DNA from: Camelus ferus
Lineage: Eukaryota
Direction: 5' to 3'
DNA length: 64,000 nucleotides
Assembly (NCBI RefSeq): GCF_009834535.1
Contig: NC_045697.1
Location: 107,262,001 to 107,326,000, forward strand
Position 1 is the stretch's first letter. Each line of letters opens with the position of its first letter. The position numbers were made by a program, and so were the translations under genes. The notes beneath the pieces were generated by a model. That model made no database searches. It was not told the origin of the DNA and saw only the letters and a list, made by a program, of their open reading frames with translations. This document shows positions 38,034 to 51,800 of this stretch, piece by piece.

Positions 38034-39516
38034 GTTATTAACGACCCTCATAATAAAATTAGATAAACCCCCGTCATGGATACACGAAGCAGAAGGCTGA
38101 AACAAAAGTTAAGTTTAGTATTACCAAATCAATTGCAAATTCTAAAGAGGAAATTAAAGAAAATTATTAACAAGGAAAAGGTAAGAAATAGAGTGTAATA
38201 ATACTAGGAACTTAAGGAAATGATATAATGAAAAATTTTATAAAGAGGCTTTTTGACCACATCAAAAGAGGTCCAAAGCCTTACAAATATGCTGCTTAGT
38301 AAGATAAAGAAGTGTTTAGTAAAACGTTTAAAAAGTAACTTGAAACAATCCTTGAAAAGAAATAAGACTAAGGGTCACAGAAAAGAAAGAGGTCAAATTT
38401 GAACCTGGAGATAAAAAGCTACAACCTCCAGCTGCCTCCTTTGATTATTTCCAAATGGCAATCAGAGAGTCAGCAGCTGTTTTTCTCCTTAACATTTGAA
38501 AAGAGCAGCTGAAAATAAGAAACTATGACTCTAGAAAAGCAACTTAACACTGACAACTAAAGTAAGTATGTGCTATTCCAACTTCAACAATGATAAACAC
38601 TTTCAAGTGAACCAAAAGGGAGAGAGGGAGAGAGGAAATTAATGGGTTTGAAATAACACAACCTCTAACAAAACTGCAGATAAGACAGATACAATTATGC
38701 AATTTAATAAAAATTTGTTTCAAGTCCTGCTTAACACTGGCAATACTAAATTTTTAGGATAATTGAATACACTACAACATATCAAAGGTTTCATTTATAT
38801 TCTTTATCACAAATTCACTTATGTTCACTTAAACCAACTGGTTTTTGTTATTACTAAATACATTACTGTGTAAAATATAACTGTATTTAATAATTTGAAT
38901 TAACGTGAAACTTAAATGATTAAATGAGACCAGTATATCATGGAAGGCTTCAAGAAAGAGTGACATTTCAGCTGCTCCTGTAAGAATTAATTAAACTCAG
39001 GAGTTCATCATGTTGCTGGAAGGGATATGTGTGTAAAGAAGCGGCAGACAGAGCATGGTGAGTTAGAGAATGAAAAAACATATCTTATGTGTGTGTATAT
39101 ACATATATATATATATGTATGTGTACATACATACAGATACATAGATATATGTACGTACTTCTGCAATAGAACAAAGCAACAGTTGATAGGAATCACAGTT
39201 ACATTTGAACTATTCAAATTTGATTTATCTTTAACAAATCAAACTCTCTTTCAAATAAAATCTGATTTGATTTAACAACAGAAAAGTAGAGCCATAGCTC
39301 TGTTTTTTAAAAATACTGGTATTACTCTACAAGGGAAAGAAGGAAGGGAGGGAGGGAGGGAAATATCGACTTAGTATACTTAGTCAAAAATGCAATCCAC
39401 TGAAATCTTACAATAACAGCATGTAAAAGAATAAAAGAAAATCCTCGTAATTATCACTCTTCTCAAGTTCAAAAACTTAGCAAAGACAGTAAAAACAAAA
39501 TCAAGATATGTATTAC

Positions 39517-39669
39517 CTTGGCAGGGGTATGAATCCAAATAGCTGGGTTAAGAAGAATGTGATCACACAACTGCTTGAGTAGGGGCATCCCATTGTGCAG
39601 ATTACTCAGATATTTCGAAAATGCAAGGCAAAGTTCAAGTACTGCTCTGCTGACATGGGACTTGGAAGA
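39517..39669 (-). CDS. LRBA: LRBA coding exon (approx. exon 13), 153 nt: SSKSHVSRAVLELCLAFSKYLSNLHNGMPLLKQLCDHILLNPAIWIHTPAK
   Basis: Acceptor tctcag|TCT, donor AAG|gtaata; phase 0-0; inside ORF 39469..39702. Confidence 0.96.
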
Positions 39670-39975
39670 CTGAGAAAATATTTCAAAGGTCATTACCAAC
39701 ACAAGGCAAAGTAAGTAAATTAAAGGCTGTCAATACCAGAAAAAAAAACTGTTTCACAAACTACGGTCAAAGTTAAAGATGCCTTAAGACCCAATACCAC
39801 ACTTCTCTAATAAAGCAGTGGGGGCAAGGTAAAGTAACTAAAGGTTATCTTAATCTAGGTAATTTTCCATAACCAAGGAGACACACCTGCAGACAGAATT
39901 TCTCAGCTACTTAGGAGACCAAGTTTCATGGCCTGTAAATTAAGAATAAAAAATGTAAAGCATTTCATACTTTAC

Positions 39976-40084
39976 CTTTTCAAGACTGTATCCTATTACC
40001 AAGAAGCCCTTGCAGGCAAGCATCTGCTCTTGCATAGCAATTGAGTTCTTCAACAACTCCATGATAAAAGCCAGCAAAGTTGAA
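39976..40084 (-). CDS. LRBA: LRBA coding exon (approx. exon 12), 109 nt: STLLAFIMELLKNSIAMQEQMLACKGFLVIGYSLEK
   Basis: Acceptor ttccag|T, donor AAG|gtaaag; phase 2-0; inside ORF 39940..40170. Confidence 0.96.
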
Positions 40085-40707
40085 CTGGAATAAGAAAAAA
40101 TATAATGGTTGAAAAAAAAAAAAACTCTATTTAAAAAAAAAAAAAAGGTTAAGTAGATGCAGTCCTTCATTTATCTTAATAAAAAGAGTCCATTTCAAGG
40201 AAATTGAAGCTCTACTAAAACTGCCTCCAACATTATTTTAGGACTCAAATTCTAATGTAAGATTAGGATTTATTACTGAAATATTTATTTCATATACTTT
40301 ATCACAAATACATTAATAAGTGAATTACTTAGAAACAACATGACAAACATGCAAAAAATAGAGAAAAATTAGCAATGTCTATAAACAAGTAATAAAATAA
40401 TAATAAAAGTATATCATAGCCTTTCAGAATGGAAGTAACTTGGATGAGCAAGTAAATTCAAGTTTGGAGGGTTAGAGGACAAACAGAATGAAAAGATGCG
40501 GAGCAAACAGACTAGTATAGAAATCCTCAAAATGTGTTAGGGCTCCAGACTGGACTAATTTGAATGGAGCAGAGTTTTTCCTAAAGGGAAAGATGAGAAA
40601 GTAAAATTGTAGACAAACTGAAGCCTTCAGACGCTAATTTAAGAATTTTGCTCATTATCCCTACAGAAAAAATCATAGTCAATATAGAAGACTTTTAGAA
40701 CTGAATA

Positions 40708-40856
40708 GGGGGAAGGGTATAGCTCAAGTGATACAGCACATGCTTAGCATGCACAAGGTCCTGGGTTCAATTCCCAGTACTTCCCCTAAAATTAAATAAA
40801 TAAACCTAATTACCTCCCCACTTTAAAATAAATAAATGAATAAAAATTTTTGAAAC
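40708..40856 (+). mobile_element. tRNA-derived SINE, Vic-1-like
   Basis: A and B boxes, 'aaacctaattacctcccc'; TSD aactgaatagggg starting at 40699 and 40857. Confidence 0.92.
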
Positions 40857-41898
40857 AACTGAATAGGGGCAATAGTCATCCTTCCATCAGCACAACTTTT
40901 ACTCAAAATAGAACGGAATAAGGTGAGCTGTTAGCGTCCTTCTCAAAGAGAGACTCCCACAAAGAAAGGGAGAGCAGCCAACTTCCTCCGCAAAAGTGCT
41001 TTTAACTGTCAGCAATTCCAATGAAGATGTTAAAAAGTTTAAAAAAAAAAAAAAAAAAGGATAACTAAGGAAAAAAAATAACTGAGCCCTGTTACAAAGG
41101 TTTTAGATCAGGATAAAAAAAAAATTTATGAAGTAGTAATATGTTAAGAATAATTTTAATTTTTTAAAATGCAGTCAATACTAGCTTCAATACACAATTC
41201 TTTTTCAAAAATCATTTTTTGCCTAAAAATAACCTGAAAAAAATTACATCCTTAAATACATACATTGTATATGTCAAGTTATGCATAAAATTAGAAATTA
41301 AAAAGAATTTCAAAAAGGGAGAACAAAAAACATTAAAATTGCTCAAGTAATAAATGAAATATAATTACTATAATTTCACTAGAATACACAGCTGCGAAAA
41401 ATTTCAACATTCTCTTAAACATTTTATAACTTATCCTGCAATTTATATGTCTCTCTTCTTTACGCTCAACAGCAGACACAAAGGTGCTGAATGTACACTT
41501 TAAAAAAACACTAAATCACATAACTGCTCAAAAATTTTAGATTTTAATTAGTTGCTTGCAATCAATAACCATCAAAAGCTAAATTATTGTAATAAATCAC
41601 TGCCAAATAACAATTCAAAATATTTTAAAAATACATTGTAGACAACTGAATTCATTTCTGATAAATTCATTATCACTGTTCCCAACTTTATTCAAAAACT
41701 TTATTATGTTTTTAAAGCTTCCTACTGATAAAGAATTTAAATTAATACTATTATTATTGAATTTATAATAATTATAGTTCACAAATTTCTTTATATTCTC
41801 TTTTAACCTTACAACAAATTTAATACACTGAATAAATACTGTGCAGCTCGATGAAAATAACTCTCACTTCAAATTAAAGAAAAAACAAAATCACTCAC

Positions 41899-42032
41899 CA
41901 TATAGTCAAGTCAACCTCCTCAGATAAATATTGCCTATAATCCAACTGTGCAAAAAGTGGAAACAGCACTTGTACTCCTCCAATTGAATGCATGGCACTC
42001 TGGATGGAATGTGTTAAAACTGCCTTCACATC
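41899..42032 (-). CDS. LRBA: LRBA coding exon (approx. exon 11), 134 nt: [44 protein letters not shown](C)
   Basis: Acceptor ttataag|GAT, donor TG|gtgagt; phase 0-2; inside ORF 41895..42107. Confidence 0.96.
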
Positions 42033-42202
42033 CTTATAAAATAGAAGACATGGTGAAGCATTCAATGATTCTTTTTCAAAACAATTAAAACATAACAGGA
42101 ACAACAAATGTTACATTGACTGTATTTACTAATAGAAGCTACCACATACACCTCAATAATACATCAATATTCACCATTAAAGACATTCTTAAAAGTTAGT
42201 AC

Positions 42203-42400
42203 CTGGAGCATGAGCGCATGCGGTGAATGAACAAAAATTGAAGGATTGTCCTTAGGGGATGATTCGAGGCAGAGCTGGGCATCTGTAGCGCGTGGATTGT
42301 ATGTGAATGCAATGGCACTAGAGAGTTTGCCATCATACAATAAAAGTTTGTGATGCTCAGCAAGGAACAGGTCACTTTCTGCTTTGAATTTAAATGTACC
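42203..42400 (-). CDS. LRBA: LRBA coding exon (approx. exon 10), 198 nt: [66 protein letters not shown]
   Basis: Acceptor tcttag|GGT, donor CAG|gtacta; phase 0-0. Confidence 0.96.
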
Positions 42401-42669
42401 CTAAGAATTAATAAAAAGTGGAACAGTTAAGATTGTATGCCACAAAAAGAAAAGCTAAATGCAAATCACCACATATATAAAAATTCAGGGACACATAACA
42501 TTGATCAGTCTTCTAACAATATCAGTTAAGAGGAGCCCTGCATGCTTGATTACTTCTAAAATAGACTGAACTCATTTTAAAGATATAAGGGAAATCAAGT
42601 CAACCTAACATTAAAATCTTACATTAGAAAAAAATGTAGAACTTAATGTACTATATAAAGCGTATTTTG

Positions 42670-45600
42670 TCTTTTTCATTCCTTTAATTGTGATAAAAAG
42701 CACACAAAATTTACCATCTTAAACATTTTTAAGTGTACAGTGGTGTTAACTACAGCACATTGTTGTATAACAAATCTCTAGAACTTTTACATCTTGCAAA
42801 ATGGAAATTCTATACCCACTGAATAACATCTCAGCATTCCCCCATCCTCTGGCAACCATTATTCTATTTCCTGATTCTATGAATTTGACTACTTTATATA
42901 ATTCATGCAATGTCTTTTTGTGACTGGCATAACATCCTTAAAATTCACCCATGTTGTAGCATGTGTCAGGATTTCCCTCTTTTTTAAAGCTGAATAATAT
43001 TCCATTGTAAATATATATCACATTTTCTTTATTCACTCATCCAAACAATTAGGCCACTTTAACCTCTTAGCTATTGTGAATGCTGCTGCAGTGAACATGA
43101 GTGTACATACAGCTCTTTCAGATCCTGCTTTCAAGTCTTTTATATATATATGTAGAAGTAAGATTACTCAATCATGTAGTAATTCTACTTCTAATTTCTT
43201 GAAGAATCACCATATTGTTTTCTGTAGGAGCTGTTCCATTTTAAATTCCCACCAACAGTGCATAAAGGGACTAGTTTCTTCACACTCTGGCCAACACTTC
43301 GTATTTTCTGTGATTTTGTTTAACAATGGCCATCCTAATGGGTGTGAGGTAATTATCTACTGTGATTCCGATTTATGTTTCTCTGATGACTAACGATGTT
43401 CAGCATCTTTTCATATGCTTGTTGGCTGGCCACTTATATATCTTTGGGAAAATGTCTATTCAAATCCTTTGCCTACTTTTTAAGTGAGTTTTTTTTTTTT
43501 TGATGGTGTTGAGTTGTTGGGGTTCATCATATATTCTGGATATTAACCCTTTATCAGATAAATGGTTTGAAATATTTTCCCCCATTTCACGGGTTTCCTT
43601 TTCACACTGTTCCGTGATGCACAAAAGATTTTAAGTTTGATGAAGTCCCATTTGTCTATTTGGGCCTTTGTTGCCTATTTTTGGGGGGTGTCATACCTAA
43701 GAAATCAGTGCCAAAGTCAATGTCAGGAAGCTTCTTTTCTGATTTCATGTAGGAATTTAGGTCTTATGTTTAAGTATTTAATCCATTTTGAGCTAATTTT
43801 AATACATGGCATAAGGTAAGGATCCAACTTCATTCTTTCCCATGTGGGTATCCACTTTTTAAAACATGATGTGTTGAAGAGATTAATCTTTCCCCACTGC
43901 ATGGTTTTGTATCCTTGTAGATCATTTCACCATAAATTAAAGGTTCATTTCTGGACTCCACTCTGTTCCATTACACTATGCATCTACCTTTATGCAAGCA
44001 CCATAATGTTTTCATTGCTGTAGCTTTGTAATATGTTTTGAAATACTCAAGTGTGAGACTGCTAACTTTGTTAATTTTTTTCAAAATTGTTCTGGCTATT
44101 TGAGAACCCTTGAGATCCAAGAGAATCTTAGGATAGTTTTCCTATTTCTGCAAAAAAAGGTCATTGGGATATTGATAGAAATTGTATTGAATCTACACAG
44201 AACTTTGAGTAATACGCATTTTTAACAGTATTAAGTCTTTCAATCTATAAACATATCTTTCCATTTATTTGTGTCTTCCTTAATTTTTTCAGCAATGTTT
44301 TGTACTTTTTAGTGTACAAGTCTTATGCCCTTTTTGTTAAGGTTATTCCTAAGTATTCCTCTTTTGCTGTTATAAATAGGATTATTGTCTTATTTTCCTT
44401 AACAGATTTTTCATTGTTAGTGTATAAAAATGCAACTTTTTGTTGTTGTGGATCTGTATCCTGTAACTTTGCTAAATTTGTTTATTGACTAACAGTTTTT
44501 TGTGAAATCTTTAGGGTTTTCTACATACATTATGTCATCTGTGAACAGAGATAATTTGACTATCCTTTCTAATGTGGATGCGTCTTATTCCTCTTTCTTG
44601 ACTAACTGCTCTGGCCAGGACAGCCAGTGTTATGTTGTATAGAAGTGGTGAGAGTGGGCATTCTTGCCTTGTTCCTGATTTTGGAGAAAAAAAAAGATTT
44701 TAGTCTTTCACTGTTGCATATGATGTTAGGCTATGGGCTTTTCATACATGGCCTTGTAATTTTAAGGCAGTTCCTTTTTACATGTAATTTGTTGAGTGTT
44801 TTTGTTATGAAAGGGTGTTGAATTTTATCAAATGGTTTCTCTAAATCTACTGAGATGATCATATAGTTTTTGTCCTCCACTCTGTTAATGTGATGTATCA
44901 CATTGATTTATCTTCCTATGTTGAACCAGCCTCACATTCCAGAAATAAATCCCAGTTGTTCATAGGGTGTAATCCTTTTAATGTGCTCTTGAATTTGGTT
45001 TGCTACTACACTGTTGAGGATTTCTGTATTAATATTAATCAGGGGTATTTATCTATAGCTTTCTTTTCTTGAAGCATCTTCATTTGGCTCTGTTTTCACA
45101 GCAATGCTGGCCTCATAAAATGAGTTTGGAAGTGTTCCCTCCTCTTTATTTTTTGAATGAGTTGAGGATTGGTGTTAACTCTTTAACGTTTGACAGAGTT
45201 CTCCAGTGAAGCCATCTAGTCTTGGGCTTTTCATTATTCAGAGGTTTTGATTACTGATTCCATTTCCTTACTAGCTATAGTCTATTTAGATTTTTATGTC
45301 TTCAGTAGTGGTGGCTTGTATGTTTCCAGGAATATCTACTTCTTCTAGGCTATGCAATTTGCTGGCATGTAACTGTTCACAGTAGTCTCTTACAATTCTT
45401 TTTATATTCATGGCATTCATTATATTCAAGAGTAATGCCTACTTTTATATTTCTACTTTTAATTACTTAAGTCCTCTCTTTTTTTCTTAATTACCCTAAG
45501 AATTTGTCCGTTTTGTTGTTCCTTTAAAAAAAAACTCAGTTTTGCTGATTTTTTCTTGTCTTTTTTTAATATCTAATTCATTTATTTCTGCTGTAACCTT

Positions 45601-47110
45601 TTATCACTTCCATTCCTCTGCTAACTTTGGGTTTAGTTTACTCTTCTTTTTCTAGTTCCTTGAGGTGTAGACTTAATTTATTGATTTTTAGATCCTTCTT
45701 TTTTCTATAGTAGGCATTTATCACTATGAACTTTCCTCTTAGTACTGCTTTCTCTGTAAGTTCTGGTATGTTGTTTTAGAGTTCACTTGTCTCAAGATAT
45801 TTTCTAATTTCCCTTGCGAATTCTTCTTTGATCCAATAGTTTTTTAAGAATATGTTGTTTAATTTCTATATAGTTGTGTATTTTCCAGTTTCCTTTTGTT
45901 ACTGATTTCATTCCACTGTTGTGAGGGAAAAAATACCTGGTATGAGTTCAGTATTATTAAATTTGTTAAGACTTGTTATGTGGTAATATGTGGTCTATCC
46001 TAAAGAAGGCTCCATGTGAGCTTGAGAAGAATGTGTACTCTATTGTTGCTGGGTGAGATGTTCTTATATGTCTGTTAGGTGCAATGGATCTATATTGTCG
46101 TTTAAGATCTCTGCTTACTGATCTTCTGTCTGGTTGTTCTGTCCACTATTGAAAGTAGCATATTGAAGTATGCACTATTATTGTGTTTCTGCATAATTTT
46201 TCCTTCAATTCTGTCAATATCTACTTAATATATCTGGGAGCTCTGATGTTAGGGGTGTGTGTGTATATATATATTTTTGTTTGTTTGTTTGTTTGTTTGT
46301 TTGTTTTTGGAGAATTGTTTTAATGGGTGGATTTTCTGAGAACTTCAAGCTCAGGAGACAGCCTCTCAGACGGCTTTAAGGGACTGCTCCAGGTGTATAT
46401 TTTAATTGTTTTATCTTCTTTGTGAACTGACACTTTTATCATTATATAATTTTCTTCTTTTATCTCTTACAAACAGTTTTTGACTTAAATCCTATTTTTT
46501 TCTAACATAAGTACAGCTACCTCTGCTCTCGTTTGGTTATCATTTGCACTATCTTTTTCCATCCTTTCACTTTAAGCCTATATATGTCCTCAGTGCATGT
46601 CTCCTAGGCAAAACAGAGTTAGAACTTGTTTTTTAATCCATTCATCCAATCTATTTCTTTTGCTTTGGAAGTTTAATCCATTCACCTTTAAAATAATTAC
46701 TGAAAGAGTTACTATTGAAAGGGAAAGATTTACTATTGTCATGTTGTTCATTGTGACTTGTTAACTACTTTCCTTTGTATTTAATTGCTTTCATCCCTTT
46801 ATATGCTATTTATATGTTTTGATCCCTTTCTCCTTATATTTCATTTAACTTCTGTAAGTATTTTCTCTGTGGTTATGATGGAAATTATATAATTAGTTAC
46901 AACATTTTAAACTGGTAACAACTTTAACCACAAACCAAAAACTTCGTTCTTTTATATCTCCACCACCCTACTTTACATTATTGATGTCAAAAATTTTATC
47001 TTTTATATTGTATGCCCATTAACATAGATTAAGAAAATTTTTTGCTTGTCTCCAAAATTAAGTGATTTATGCACCAACATTACAGTACTACAGAATTCTA
47101 TATTTGTCTA
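42670..47110 (-). mobile_element. Decayed LINE-1 of about 4.4 kb (L1MA9/10-like 3' end through ORF2), sense to LRBA
   Basis: Antisense L1 motifs throughout: 'aaatttaccatctta..catttttaagtgtacag', 'cccaccaacagtgcataaggg', 'atgtcatctgtgaacagagataattt', 'tgctggcctcataaaatgagtttggaagtgttccctcc'. Confidence 0.92.
46274..46391 (-). mobile_element. Short polyadenylated retro-insertion (LTR R-region-like) nested in L1
   Basis: (GTTT)n tail, minus-strand ATTAAA at 46319-46324, about 85-nt body, duplicated gtgtatat flanks. Confidence 0.55.
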
Positions 47111-47879
47111 CATATTTATATAGCTCTTTTAAATTATATTTCTAAGAAATCACAGACAAGGGTGTTTTTTTAATTAACAGTAGCCACTTAAAGGTATAAG
47201 AAATGTCTTTTCGAACAACTTGTGAATTCTGATTCAGTATTTCTCTGAGTCCAGAAAATTAATTTGTGGCAGAGCAGAGACTGGAAACAAGTTCAATCAA
47301 AAATGATAATTTACTCTTTGAACAGTATGACAAAGTACAGTATGTCAACATTCTTAAGTACCAGTTTTGAAAAGAAATAGCTAAACATTTTATTTTCTAT
47401 TATGTGTGGAATTTGGGAATAAATCATTCCTACTAACCACTCTAAACTAAACTAAATATAAACAAAGTTAAAACAAAGTATTTGACATTTTTCAGGAATT
47501 GCTGCTAATTTTATGGAAATAGTTTGCATGTATAAATACTATTTAATGTGATTAAAATAAAAAAGCCCTTTCAAAGGACTTTAAGCAATATGGTGCTTCA
47601 CCAAACGTTAAGAACATACAAAAGAAGCATTCAACCCTTCATTTCTTTTGAAATATATATTTTTTAATCCTTAAAGTACTTAATTGCAAACTTTTAAAGA
47701 TTTTTTCATATCTCAGGTATCTTAAACAAGTTTTAAGGAATTATCTAAAGCATGTATTATACTACACAATAGAATTAAAAGTAGTAAGTAAAGCAAGGAA
47801 TAATTCTTTGATCATCAATTTCTCACTTTATATCATCTTTAAGTAGTTTTATCACTAACCATACAAGTGAGGAAAAGAA

Positions 47880-48835
47880 TAGCTATTAATATACTGTACA
47901 CTTACAAATGCTTAAAGTAGTAAGTTTTATGTATATTTTACTACAAATATTTTTTAAAACCTCTTAAAACTTAGCAATAAAAGGGCAGCTCAGTTTTTAA
48001 AAGGGCAAAGGATATGAAAAAATATTCCCCTCAAAATATTATGTATAGCCTATAAACACACACAAAAAAAACTACTCAACATTATCAATCATGAAGGAAA
48101 TGCAAATCAAAACCAAACCACACTGACATACCATCTCATACCCAATAAAATGACTATAATAGAAAAATCAGATAGTAACAGGTATTGGAGAAAATATGAA
48201 GAAATTGGAATCCTGATAAAAAGCGATAGAAATGTAAAATCATGTGGCCTCTTTGGAAAACAATCTGGAAGTTTCTCAAATAGTTAAATATAGAGTTACC
48301 ATATTACCAGCAATTCCACTGTAGGTATAAACCCAAGAGGGAAAAAAAAATGTGTCCACATAAAAACCTGTACACAAGGCTTCTTAGCAGCATTATTCAT
48401 AATAGCCAAAAGGTGGAAAACAGTCCAATGTCCATCAACTGATGAATAGATAAACAAAATGTGACATATCTACACAACAAAATATTATTTAGTAATAAAA
48501 AGGAACACGGGTGAACCCTGAAAACATTAAGCTAATCGAAAAAAAAGTCAGCCACAAAAGATCTCATATTGTATTCTTTCATTTACATGAAGTGTCCAGG
48601 ATAGACAAATCCAAAGAGACAGAAAGTAAATTTGAGGACTGGGAAGGAGGAAAAATGGGGAATGACTACTGATGAGTGTAGTATTTTGGCACAGGGGGGC
48701 GATGAACACAATGTAACATTGAGAGTGATATTTGTACAACTCTGAATATATTGAAAAGCACTGAATCACACATATTAAACGGGTGAATGGTATGAGATAT
48801 GAACTGTATCTCAATAAAGCTTCTATTTTTAAAAA
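47880..48835 (+). mobile_element. LINE-1 3' fragment (L1MB-like)
   Basis: 'ggaaatgcaaatcaaaacca', 'gcagcattattcataatagccaaaaggtggaaa', ends 'tatctcaataaagc'. Confidence 0.88.
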
Positions 48836-48879
48836 ATCACTCAGAATAGACTAAAAAATCTATTCTGAGATCCATTAAC

Positions 48880-51800
48880 AAAGCTCCAAAATAAAACAAA
48901 CTTCAAGTAAAAAACTTAACTGAAAATAACCTACTGAACAGCAGAACAAAGACCAATGCTCTTTTAAAAGAAAAAAGGCAACAAAATTCAGACGCTTAAA
49001 TGGTAAAAATCATATTGCCCAATATCCAACCCAAAATTACTAAACAAACCAAGAAGTGTAAAACAATCAGGAGAACGTCAGTAAAGAAAAACAGACCCAG
49101 AAATAAAGATGATGAAATTATAAGAAAAAGACATTAGAATAGTTATAACTATGGTCAAGTTTTTTTTAAGACAAACTTGTAAGAAGAAAAAACAGATAAC
49201 AATGAAAAGAATCAAAACTTATCAACAAAAAAAAATACAAAAAATATGTGAAATGAATTCATCTTATGGAATTTACAGCAACCAAGCATTTGATAAGGAA
49301 AGATAGGTGAACAGAAAGATAATGCCATGAAAACAATCCAAAATAAAACTTTTTTATAAATCAGACAAGAAACAGTACCTCAATGATTTGTTTGCTTATA
49401 TCTAGGTCTAAAGTAAATGTAATATGAATTCTAGAAGAAGATAAAAGACAAAATATATTTAAAGATGTAATGGCCAAAATTTGACCAAAACCAGAAACCC
49501 ACAGAACCAAGAAGTTCAGGTAACCTGAAGCAGGCTAAGCACATATGTACGTACGTACACACACACCCACACACACACACACATACCAACATATACTATA
49601 CTCAACTTCTAAGAATCAGTGATAAGAGTAAATCTTAAAACCAGCAAGAGAAAAAAATATATATTACATACAGATGAAGTTGTATAATAAAGACTACACA
49701 CTTCTTGTTAGAACTGATGCAAGTCAGTTAAACAAAAGAATATCATTAGAAAGCTTCAAAAAGAAAACTGTCACCTTAAAATTTTATCATCAGTGAAACT
49801 ATTTTTTTAAACTGAAAGACTAAAGGCTTTCTCAGACAAATAAAAGCTGGGAAAAGCCACTGACAATAAATCCCCATTATAAGAAATAACAAAGTAATTC
49901 AAATGGGAAGGAAAATGCTATGAGATGGAAACATGAATTTATACAAAGAAGTGTCCTAGAAATGGTAATACATAAATACATAGGTAAATATAAAACACAT
50001 GATCTTCCTTATTCCTAATTTCTTTGAAATATAAGCAAATGAATCAAAAATCATAATAATGTATCAAAAGGACCATAATATTTGAAGAAGTAAAATCAAC
50101 AAAAATACAAAACCAAAGGCAGGAGGGAGAATTGCAGGATTATGCTGGAAGGGTCTTACATCTTACACTGTCATTTACTGGTAGACTATGGTAAGTTAAA
50201 AAGTTTTCAAAAAAAAAAAAAAAAACAAACAAACTAATAAACCAATGGTAGAAATAAATGAAATACTAAATAAGAGACAACTAATCTAAATCAAAGCAGA
50301 GAAAGGGAGAAGTATCAAAAAACAGATGAAAGAAATAGAAAACAAACAGAAAGATAGTAGATTTAAATCACACAATATCTATACTTACAATGGAATGTAA
50401 ACATTTCAATGAAAGTCAGAGATTGTCTGACCCAAAAAAAGCAAGATTCATTTTACAAAATTTAATATCCTTCTAACAAAAACTCTCAGGAAACTAGAAA
50501 TAGAAAAGAAATTTCTCAACTTGAAAAGGAATCTATAAAATATGTAGGAATGCTTTCCCCCTAAAATCAGGAGTAAGGTAAAATGTCTACTCTTGCCACT
50601 TCTATTTTTACTATTTATCGTGGAGGTCCTATCTAGTGTAACAAGGCAAAAAAACAGGAAAAGTATACAGATTGGAAATGAAGAAGTAAAAGTTACAGTC
50701 TACATGAATGTATCTGTAGAAAATACTAAAACAACGAAAAAGACCCAGTAAAACTAATACGCAAGTTTAGCAAGGTCTTGTTAAAAAGTCAATAAAACTC
50801 AATTGTATTTCTATACACTAGAAACAAATGACTGGAAATTGACTGTTTAAAAATTACAACTTAAGATATAATACAAAAAACATGAAATACTTTAAAATGC
50901 ATTGAACAAAATGTGTGCATGACCTACACAGTGAAAACTAAAAACCACTGCTGAGAGAAATTAAAGACGACCTATGTAAATAGAGAGATATATCATGTTC
51001 AGATTGGAAAATCCAGTATTAGTGAGATGTCAATTATCCTCTAATTAACCTATATATTCAATACAGTACCAAATAAAACCCCAGTGGGCTATTTTGTATA
51101 AACTGACAAGCTAGTTCTAAAATATACCTAGAAATGCAAAGGGAAAATAGCGTAAAGGACGTGAATAAGAATATAGCTGATAGTTTTAGACTTCCTGTTC
51201 TCAAGACTTACTATGAAGCTACAATAAGACAGTAAAGTACTGGCATTAAAAAAAAAACATGTTAAGTCACTGAAATCAAAAAGAGCCTCAAAGATGCCAT
51301 GGTAAGACAGTGGAGAAAGAATAGTATTTAAAGAAACAAACTGTGCTGGAACACCAGGGTATCTTTATGGAAGAAAGAGACAGAAATCAACCTTAACAGT
51401 TACCTCATACCATACACTAAAATTAACTGAAAATGGATCACAGGCCTAAATATAGATGCCAAAACTATAATACTCAAAAGAAAACGTAAGAAAATCTTTC
51501 CAATCTTGGAACAGGCAAAGATTTCTTAGATAAGACACAAAAATCATCTAAGAATAACAGGAAAAAATTGTTAAATTGCAATTAATGAAAATTAAATTCC
51601 TATGTTCTTCAAAGCCAAATTAAGAAAACAAAAAAGGAGGGTAGGGGGGTACAGCTTAGTGGTAGAGCGCATGCACAAGGTCCTGGGTTCAATCCCCAGT
51701 ACCTCCATTAAAAATAATAATAATAATAAAATAAAATAAATAAATCCAATTACCTCCCCTCCAAAAAATTATTGAATAGATAAATAAAAGTTATTGTATA

